A stretch of 14,681 nt of DNA from an uncultured archaeon. Lineage in GTDB: Archaea; Iainarchaeota; Iainarchaeia; Iainarchaeales; 0-14-0-20-30-16. Positions 8,994 through 14,681 of this stretch are shown here, one piece after another. The DNA is taken from assembly GCA_964565725.1 (NCBI GenBank), contig CAZMGA010000016.1, positions 1 through 14,681 on the forward strand. The letters are read 5' to 3'. The position numbers and the translations under genes are program-made. Under the pieces are notes generated by a model that worked only from the letters and a program-made list of their open reading frames with translations, did no database searches and was not told the origin of the DNA. Position 1 is the stretch's first letter; every line of letters begins with the position of its first letter.

Positions 8994-9007
8994 CTTTTCG
9001 TGAGAAT

Positions 9008-9367
9008 ATGGAAGAAATAAGAATTTATATGCGTTATGAGAAAAGAGAAACTACTCCCGCATATGCGTTTTTAGAGGCTTTAGGTTTTGATAAAAATAAG
9101 GATAAAATAATTACAATATTAGAAGAATTAAAAAATAAACCCCAATCATCTTTAGAATTAAGTAAAAACACAAATTTAACTAGAAGTACAATAAACTATT
9201 ATTTGGACATGTTATTAAAAAGAGGAATTGTGTATCATTACAATAGAAAATATCATTTAGCAGGAAAGGCCTTTACTCAAATTATTCAAATAATAGAAGT
9301 AGAAACTACAAAAAGTTTACAAAAATTAAAAGAATTGGCAAAAGATTTAGATAGAGAATTACAATAG
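9008..9367 (+). CDS. Winged helix-turn-helix transcriptional regulator (ArsR/TrmB/MarR-like)
   Basis: 119 aa: KIITILEELKNKPQSSLELSKNTNLTRSTINYYLDMLLKRGIVYHYNRKYHLAGKA has wHTH organisation. Confidence 0.78.
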   Translation: MEEIRIYMRYEKRETTPAYAFLEALGFDKNKDKIITILEELKNKPQSSLELSKNTNLTRSTINYYLDMLLKRGIVYHYNRKYHLAGKAFTQIIQIIEVETTKSLQKLKELAKDLDRELQ

Positions 9368-9374
9368 GGATTTA

Positions 9375-9884
9375 ATGTTAAAATACTTATTTTATCCGGG
9401 CGTTATATTTCACGAATTAGCACATTTAATCTCTTGTTTTTTATTAAGAGTCAAAGTAAACAAATTAAAGTTTGGATTAGAAGAATCTTATGTAAAACAT
9501 GAAAAAACTGGTACTATAAAAATGGCTTTAATTGCATTATCCCCTATTTTTTTAGGCACTTTTTTTTCATTTATGTTAATTCAAATAGCAAAAACATCTA
9601 ATTCAGTATTATTACATATAATTTTGTTCTATTTTGTATTATCTATTTTATACAATTGCATTCCAAGTAATCAAGACACTAAAAATATTTTTGATATTTT
9701 GGAAGAAGAAATTAAAAATGATTGGAAAAAAACATTTTTTTATAAATTATGGCTAATATTTAAACTTTTCACGATTTATTTAATAATATTTATAATTACA
9801 AATATGGCAATAGTTTTAGACAAATTAGAAATTTTTAGAGTAATTTATATAATAATTATATTTTTATTAAGCTACTTAATTTAA
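9375..9884 (+). CDS. Small integral-membrane zinc metalloprotease-like protein (M50/site-2-protease-like)
   Basis: 169 aa; YPGVIFHELAHLI (HExxH in an N-terminal hydrophobic segment), several TM-like segments, and NCIPSNQD resembling the N..P...D second motif of S2P-like proteins. Confidence 0.65.
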   Translation: MLKYLFYPGVIFHELAHLISCFLLRVKVNKLKFGLEESYVKHEKTGTIKMALIALSPIFLGTFFSFMLIQIAKTSNSVLLHIILFYFVLSILYNCIPSNQDTKNIFDILEEEIKNDWKKTFFYKLWLIFKLFTIYLIIFIITNMAIVLDKLEIFRVIYIIIIFLLSYLI

Positions 9885-9900
9885 AAGATATCTTTTTAAA
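9880..9900 (+). terminator. Hairpin around the stop codon of the membrane-zincin gene
   Basis: TTTAAAAG-ATAT-CTTTT(T)AAA with the TAA stop (9882-9884) in the 5' arm. Confidence 0.4.
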
Positions 9901-9946
9901 TATTAATTATCCTTTAATATATACTAATTGTATTAACAATTATTTT

Positions 9947-10019
9947 GAGCCTATGGTCCAGTGGTTAAGATGTCGCCCTTACAAGGCGAAGATCCCCGGT
10001 TCAATCCCGGGTAGGCTCA
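9947..10019 (+). tRNA. tRNA-Val (anticodon TAC)
   Basis: Acceptor GAGCCTA/TAGGCTC, anticodon stem-loop TCGCC-CTTACAA-GGCGA, T-arm CCCGG-TTCAATC-CCGGG, discriminator A, no encoded CCA. TATA-like TTTAATATATAC about 27 nt upstream. Confidence 0.96.
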
Positions 10020-10055
10020 TTAACCCTTTGGGCTTATAATTATAAAGTGATAAAT

Positions 10056-10214
10056 ATGGTATTTCCAGAAGCAGAAAAAAGAATATTAAATGATGTATGG
10101 ATTTGTATGCATTGCGGATCAAAACAAAGAGGTAGCAAAACAAAGGCACCTGAAAAATGTACAAAATGTAGTCGTTCAGAATTTAGAATAAAACATAAAC
10201 AAAAGAAAAAGTAA
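10056..10214 (+). CDS. rpl40e: Large ribosomal subunit protein eL40 (zinc ribbon)
   Basis: 52 aa, absent from the ORF track: MVFPEAEKRILNDVWICMHCGSKQRGSKTKAPEKCTKCSRSEFRIKHKQKKK. CxxC...CxxC plus basic tail as in archaeal L40e. Weak SD-like AGTGAT upstream. Confidence 0.85.
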   Translation: MVFPEAEKRILNDVWICMHCGSKQRGSKTKAPEKCTKCSRSEFRIKHKQKKK

Positions 10215-10239
10215 GCTTTAGCTTACTATCTATTTTTTT
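10210..10239 (+). terminator. Hairpin plus T-run at the end of rpl40e
   Basis: AGTAAGC-TTTA-GCTTACT (7-bp perfect stem) with the TAA stop (10212-10214) in the 5' arm, followed by ATCTATTTTTTT. Confidence 0.6.
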
Positions 10240-10285
10240 ATAGATATATTTATATATTATAAAACATTATTTTATTGTGATTTTA

Positions 10286-10957
10286 ATGGAAAGTATGAAT
10301 AAAAAAACAATTGAAGCAATAATGATTATAGTTAATGAATTGGCAAAAAATAAAATTGGATCTCTTTTTGTAATTTCAAAAGATAATATTTCAAAATATT
10401 ATGATAATTTATATCCTGATTTATTCTCAAAAAATAAAGTGAGTATTTTTGAACCATCTACAAAAATTTTATTAATGAAACTTTGTGATTTAGATGGTGC
10501 AATAATTGTTTCAAATGAGGGTATTGTAAAAAGCTATGGTGCAAAAATTAAGAAAACTATGATTTTGCCAGGTCATGGAACAAGACATTCTGCCGGAAGA
10601 GGTATTTCCAAAATAAAAAATACTATTTCTATATTGTCTAGTGAAGAAGATGGAATGGTAAGAATATTTAAAAATGGGAAATTAGCAGCAGAAATAAACC
10701 CAGAAACTGGCAAAAATAGAAAATTTATTGAAAAAATTGCAGAATTATTTTCAAGGTCTGAAATTCAAGTAGCTACATCTGGTGGAGTTGCTTCTTTATT
10801 ATTGGGTTTACACCCATTAATGGCTGGAGCAATATTTACAGGATCTTGGATTATTACTAAATTTGGAATGGCTAGTTTAAAAGAGTTTATGAAAACTGGC
10901 AAAATAAAAATTGAAAAAGAAATACAAGATATTAAAAATGAAAAAAAGAAAAAATGA
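10286..10957 (+). CDS. Diadenylate cyclase (DisA_N/DAC domain) protein with C-terminal hydrophobic region
   Basis: LCDLDGAIIVSNEGIVKSYGAKIKK...GHGTRHSAGRGISKIKNTISILSSEEDGMVRIFKNGKL matches the DGA and GTRH motifs of DAC domains. GTGA at 10277-10280 looks like an SD for the ATG at 10286 rather than a start codon. Confidence 0.88.
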   Translation: MESMNKKTIEAIMIIVNELAKNKIGSLFVISKDNISKYYDNLYPDLFSKNKVSIFEPSTKILLMKLCDLDGAIIVSNEGIVKSYGAKIKKTMILPGHGTRHSAGRGISKIKNTISILSSEEDGMVRIFKNGKLAAEINPETGKNRKFIEKIAELFSRSEIQVATSGGVASLLLGLHPLMAGAIFTGSWIITKFGMASLKEFMKTGKIKIEKEIQDIKNEKKKK

Positions 10958-10966
10958 TTATTTTTT
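10949..10966. terminator. Bidirectional hairpin formed by two abutting convergent stop codons
   Basis: AAAAAAT-GATT-ATTTTTT contains TGA (10955-10957, plus) and TAA (10960-10958, minus). T-runs exit both ways. Confidence 0.5.
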
Positions 10967-11458
10967 ATCTATTTTTTCTATTTCGCTTAATACTATTTTT
11001 TTAGGTTTTTCATAATCAGTTAAACCCATAAAAGTTATTTCTGGAATTTGGGAATAACCATTTCCAGCGGTTTGAAAACCTAATCTAGAAATACCTAAAA
11101 TTTGATCCAATAAAGGTCTTAATACTTCTACATTAGTAATTTTATAAAATGGAACATATTTTTCTCTTTTTGTAATTATACCTCCATTAAAATAAATACC
11201 TTTATTAGTAATTTTATATTTGTATGTTTTAAACAATAAGTTAATGTAAAACAAATATATCGCATAGATTAATGCAAAAATTATTATTGTAAAAATATAA
11301 CTAGTTATATTTACAGTTTTTAATGCTATAAAATAAGGTAAAAATAATAATACCAACAATAAAACGATTATAATACTTTTTACTACCCATAACCAAAATA
11401 ATTTTCTTTTAGGAACATATTCATATAATGTTTTCTCTTTGCTTTCTTTAATTACCAA
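10958..11458 (-). CDS. Membrane protein with bacterial-type PH domain (bPH2/DUF304)
   Basis: Two N-terminal TM-like segments followed by YKITNKGIYFNGGIITKREKYVPFYKITNVEVLRPLLDQILGISRLGFQTAG, the YdbT/bPH2 pattern. Confidence 0.85.
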   Translation of the reverse strand: MVIKESKEKTLYEYVPKRKLFWLWVVKSIIIVLLLVLLFLPYFIALKTVNITSYIFTIIIFALIYAIYLFYINLLFKTYKYKITNKGIYFNGGIITKREKYVPFYKITNVEVLRPLLDQILGISRLGFQTAGNGYSQIPEITFMGLTDYEKPKKIVLSEIEKIDKK

Positions 11459-11579
11459 AATATCACCTAATAATAAATATTAAAGTTATTTATATATTTT
11501 ATGTTAAAATTTTTATAAATATTTAAACTTAGCATTTATAAACTTTATCTAGCCCTAATATATATAATTAATATTATAT

Positions 11580-11653
11580 GGCCCTATAGCCGAATCGGAT
11601 AAGGCGTCGGCCTTCTAAGCCGAAGATTCTGGGTTCGAGTCCCAGTAGGGTCG
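11580..11653 (+). tRNA. tRNA-Arg (anticodon TCT)
   Basis: Acceptor GGCCCTA/TAGGGTC (one G-U pair), anticodon arm TCGGC-CTTCTAA-GCCGA, T-arm CTGGG-TTCGAGT-CCCAG, discriminator G, no encoded CCA. Confidence 0.96.
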
Positions 11654-11654
11654 T

Positions 11655-11674
11655 ACTCTATTTAATAGAGTTTT
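11655..11674 (+). terminator. Hairpin plus T-run between tRNA-Arg and the metalloprotease SD
   Basis: ACTCTAT-TTA-ATAGAGT followed by TTT, then GAGGG SD. Confidence 0.45.
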
Positions 11675-11684
11675 GAGGGATGTT

Positions 11685-13319
11685 ATGAAATTAAAAATTT
11701 TTTTAATGATTTTTGTTTTTTGTATTGGTTTTTCTTTTGCAATTAATTTAAATCCTATATTAGATTTACCAAATGAAAATATTTCTATTAGTAAAACAAT
11801 AATTGATAGTACAGCATATAAAGAATTTATTAAAATTGGGTCTATAGGCATTGATAAAACAATTAATATTAAAAATATTATGAATTCTAATGCCAAATAT
11901 GTAACTAAAGATAGCAATTTTACTTTAGATAATGGCATAGAAATAAAAATAAAAGACATTTTTTTTGATGAAAACGTAGGGACTGAAAAAGGCGCAATAA
12001 ATATTTTTGTAGATTTATATTTTAATAATAAAAAAATTAATGCTAATGTATTGCATTTTAGAATAAGTTCAATACCAGAATATTCTGATTGGCAAAATTA
12101 TGAAGTTATGGACTTTGGAATTGGTTTAGCTTTGCCAGACAAAAAGAAAATAGAAACAAAAATTATTAATGATAAATTATATTTTAAAATAAAGTTCTTT
12201 TCTCCAAACAATATGAAAACAATAAATTCTCCTTTAGATATTTATAATTATTGTTTAAATCATTATCCTGAAAAAAGTTGTTTAAGATATATACCCTATT
12301 ATCCTAGACCTAATGAAATAAGTTATGAAAATGAAAAAATAGTGGTTATTGGCCCAGACAATGAAAATACAAAAAAATATTTTGATAACGCAAATAATTG
12401 TTATGCAATTTTAAAAGATGAATTAGATATTGACCCTGCTTTACCTGTACCTATAAGATTATTAAATAATATAACAGTAAATGTTGCAGGGGCAACGGGC
12501 ATTCAAATGGTTAGTAAAAATTTAAAAGATGAAAACTATTGTGATACTATTTTATTACACGAAATGAGTCATTATTTTATTACTCCTTGGGTAATTAATG
12601 ATGTTTTTAATGAGGGTTTTGCAACATATTTTGAAAATAAATATACTCCTTTAGAAGAAACTAGCTTATTAAAAGATAATGTTATTTTTACAGACAATTT
12701 ACATTTGATGAAAAATAGTTTATATTTAAGTTTAAATACAAGCGACAATTATTCTTTATTTTTTCAATATTTATTAAAAGAAAATAATGAATATGAATAT
12801 ATTAATCATTTTATTTTACATACAGGTTATGCCACTTATTTAGAACAAGATCCTAGTTTGCCTATAATTTATGCTAAAATGGATAATAATAATTTAAAAG
12901 TGCAATTTTACAATTATAAGAAAATAAATAAAAAATTATTGTGTATTAATAATGGATATCAAGAAAAAACTGGTTGGCAAACAGAAAATGAAATATTATA
13001 TTCTTATTTTGGAGCAAATTCTGCAAAAGGTTTTGCATACTTAGATAATTATTTAATTACAGACAATTATGAAGAAATGTATAATACTTCTGCGTGCTTT
13101 TGGACAGAAATATTTGATAATATAACTATAAAAGATTTAGTAAAAGAAATGAAAAAATATCAAAAGTTTAACAGCAAAGAATTTCCTTTTTTTGAATATT
13201 TAGAAAAAAATAATATTAACGTAGATTTATTAAGTAAAAAATACGGATTTAGCATTAAACCACAAAAGTCAGCATATCATTATATATATGCTACAAAAGG
13301 AAATGTAGGGCTTTATTAG
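11685..13319 (+). CDS. Secreted gluzincin-type metalloprotease (peptidase MA-like)
   Basis: Signal peptide MKLKIFLMIFVFCIGFSFA; LLHEMSHYFITPWVINDVFNEGFATYFE gives HExxH-X13-E with an NEGFA motif. GAGGG 6 nt upstream favours ATG 11685 over the TTG at 11673. Confidence 0.82.
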   Translation: MKLKIFLMIFVFCIGFSFAINLNPILDLPNENISISKTIIDSTAYKEFIKIGSIGIDKTINIKNIMNSNAKYVTKDSNFTLDNGIEIKIKDIFFDENVGTEKGAINIFVDLYFNNKKINANVLHFRISSIPEYSDWQNYEVMDFGIGLALPDKKKIETKIINDKLYFKIKFFSPNNMKTINSPLDIYNYCLNHYPEKSCLRYIPYYPRPNEISYENEKIVVIGPDNENTKKYFDNANNCYAILKDELDIDPALPVPIRLLNNITVNVAGATGIQMVSKNLKDENYCDTILLHEMSHYFITPWVINDVFNEGFATYFENKYTPLEETSLLKDNVIFTDNLHLMKNSLYLSLNTSDNYSLFFQYLLKENNEYEYINHFILHTGYATYLEQDPSLPIIYAKMDNNNLKVQFYNYKKINKKLLCINNGYQEKTGWQTENEILYSYFGANSAKGFAYLDNYLITDNYEEMYNTSACFWTEIFDNITIKDLVKEMKKYQKFNSKEFPFFEYLEKNNINVDLLSKKYGFSIKPQKSAYHYIYATKGNVGLY

Positions 13320-13389
13320 CCTTTGTGGCTCAGTGGTAGAGCGCTACCTTGGTAAGGTAGAGATCCCGGGTTCAAATCCCGGTTAGGCT
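13319..13389 (+). tRNA. tRNA-Thr (anticodon GGT), imperfect acceptor stem
   Basis: D-arm GCTC...GAGC, anticodon arm CTACC-TTGGTAA-GGTAG, T-arm CCGGG-TTCAAAT-CCCGG are intact. Acceptor strands GCCTTTG and TTAGGC pair only as GCCT/AGGC. Confidence 0.82.
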
Positions 13390-13412
13390 TTTTATGCTTG
13401 AGATTGTGAATT

Positions 13413-13739
13413 ATGAATTATAATGCATATGTTTTTTTATTAAAATTAAAAGATAGACCAAAAAAATTTCCAAAAATAAGATTGATAGGAAAATATTGGC
13501 GTACAGGCATAATTTATAGAAATAAAACTTATGAAACTTTTTCAAACAAAAAATATTCTATTTCTAAATTAAATCCAAAAACTATGAAAAATGCAGAATT
13601 ATATTTAGTTCAATTAAGAGAACCAAAAAGATTAAAACAATTTATTTGTAAAGGATTGCCTTGCGACAATTTTGTTAATAAGGTTTTAAAATATTCTATA
13701 ACTAAGAAAAAAAATGTTGTAAAAGTTAACTTCAAATAA
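13413..13739 (+). CDS. Hypothetical basic protein
   Basis: 108-aa ORF starting 23 nt after tRNA-Thr, GTGA just upstream. No family recognised. Confidence 0.65.
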   Translation: MNYNAYVFLLKLKDRPKKFPKIRLIGKYWRTGIIYRNKTYETFSNKKYSISKLNPKTMKNAELYLVQLREPKRLKQFICKGLPCDNFVNKVLKYSITKKKNVVKVNFK

Positions 13740-13881
13740 AATAATAATATTACTACTGATAAAAAATTTTAATTTCATAAATTAATTCAAAACCTAATTT
13801 TAAATTTTTCATAATAAAAACTAACTAAAATATTTTATATTTTGTTTGTACTTTTTTTAATTAAAAAAATAAATATTATAA

Positions 13882-13904
13882 TAGAGCATAAGCTCTACTT
13901 TTTT
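13882..13904 (+). terminator. Hairpin plus T-run in the longest non-coding gap
   Basis: TAGAGC-ATAA-GCTCTA then C and TTTTTT. Confidence 0.5.
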
Positions 13905-13970
13905 CTTAGAAAAATTTTTTGAATTTTTAAAATCATAACCTAAGTCTGTTAAATTTAGAGGTGAAAAAAA

Positions 13971-14201
13971 ATGAATGAAGATATATTAAATATAGAATAT
14001 AAATTATTGATGAAAGAACAACTAGAACGAGAAGTGGAAGATATATTATATAAAAAATTTTCAAAAAAATTTAGAATTTCTATTTCTGCAGATGCAGATG
14101 TTTTAACAGATAGTTATTTAGAACCAGATGAAAAAAAAGAAATACTAAAAATAATTAGTTCTTATTTAATAGAATTTGATTTAAAAAAACCACTTAATTA
14201 A
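13971..14201 (+). CDS. Hypothetical small protein
   Basis: 76-aa ORF with strong SD GAGGTGA before the ATG. No family recognised. Confidence 0.68.
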   Translation: MNEDILNIEYKLLMKEQLEREVEDILYKKFSKKFRISISADADVLTDSYLEPDEKKEILKIISSYLIEFDLKKPLN

Positions 14202-14246
14202 AAGGCTTTTGTTTCTAATTATATAATCTAATTATGAGGGGTATAT

Positions 14247-14681
14247 ATGAACGTAAAAAATAATGATTGGGTAGCTGTAGAGTATTCAGGAAAAACAGAA
14301 GAAAAAGAGTTTGATAGTAATATAGGTAAAGAACCATTATATTTTCAAGTAGGTATGGGTATGGTAATACCTGGCTTTGATAATGCTTTATTAAATATGA
14401 ATATTAATGATGAAAAAATTGTTGAAATAAATTCTAAAGATGCATATGGTGAAAAAAATGATAAAATTGTAGAATTACCAGCAAAAGCTTTTTCACAAAT
14501 TGAAAATTTAGAGCTAAATAAAGAGATTGAATTAATGTCAAATATGGGCCCAATATTAATTAAAATTGTTGAAAAAAATGAATCTACAATTAAAGCTATT
14601 TTAAATCATCCTTTAGCAGGAAAAGATTTAACATTTAAAATAAAATTATTAAAAATTTTAAATGAAAATGAAGTTAAAGAA
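14247..14681 (+). CDS. FKBP-type peptidyl-prolyl isomerase, SlyD-like (runs off right edge)
   Basis: MNVKNNDWVAVEYSGKTEEKEFDSN...VGMGMVIPGFDNALLNMNINDEKIVEINSKDAYGE...LNHPLAGKDLTFKIKLLKI matches FKBP/SlyD. GAGGGG upstream of ATG 14247. Absent from the ORF track (truncated). Confidence 0.92.
   Translation, partial: MNVKNNDWVAVEYSGKTEEKEFDSNIGKEPLYFQVGMGMVIPGFDNALLNMNINDEKIVEINSKDAYGEKNDKIVELPAKAFSQIENLELNKEIELMSNMGPILIKIVEKNESTIKAILNHPLAGKDLTFKIKLLKILNENEVKE

Noticed and set aside
10035-10046. Palindrome TTATAATTATAA between tRNA-Val and eL40
   Set aside because: Pure AT palindrome of 12 bp, expected by chance at this composition and possibly just promoter-like DNA.
9979-10164. Minus-strand 61-aa ORF containing SLPGIEPGIFA
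   Set aside because: Overlaps tRNA-Val and the eL40 gene on the other strand; the SLPGIEPG string is antisense of the tRNA T-arm.
11615-11959. Minus-strand 114-aa ORF ending RVRPYWDSNPESSA
   Set aside because: Antisense to tRNA-Arg and the metalloprotease gene; WDSNPE strings are a typical tRNA-antisense artefact.
14201-14214. AAAAGGCTTTT after the 76-aa gene
   Set aside because: Four A-T pairs with a GGC loop; too weak to call a terminator.
1-14681. CRISPR arrays, transposases, toxin-antitoxin or phage genes
   Set aside because: No regularly spaced repeats, terminal inverted repeats or recognisable mobile or defence proteins were seen in the window.

Overview
AT-rich, gene-dense archaeal chromosomal segment. 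Archaeal DnaG, eS1, uS15, eL40, UPF0147 and a DisA_N-type cyclase support this; a small-genome DPANN-like lineage is inference. Left part, minus strand: archaeal dnaG (partial at the left edge), DUF167, an HD-domain protein, a MetRS-beta-like tRNA-binding protein and an unknown 147-aa protein. Next come a divergent orphan radical SAM gene and a minus-strand rps15 / rps3ae / UPF0147 cluster. A 1322-aa predicted surface lipoprotein is divergent from a winged-HTH gene and a small HELAH membrane-zincin gene. Right part: tRNA-Val(TAC), an unlisted eL40 gene (52 aa), a diadenylate-cyclase-like gene, a convergent bPH2 membrane protein, tRNA-Arg(TCT), a secreted MA-type metalloprotease, a malformed tRNA-Thr(GGT), two small unknown ORFs and a SlyD-like FKBP (partial at the right edge). 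No CRISPR array, transposon or defence island was seen. The most interesting unexplained signals are: (1) recurring compact hairpins, mostly with 4-nt loops, at or near stop codons and often followed by T-runs, including one that holds both stop codons of a convergent pair; (2) two mutually exclusive hairpins between rps3ae and the UPF0147 gene, one of which would hide the likely Shine-Dalgarno; (3) the giant doubly anchored lipoprotein with its divergent wHTH and membrane-zincin neighbours; (4) a DAC-like protein with a C-terminal hydrophobic segment; (5) tRNA genes directly abutting downstream mRNAs, one with a broken acceptor stem that shares a base with the upstream stop codon.
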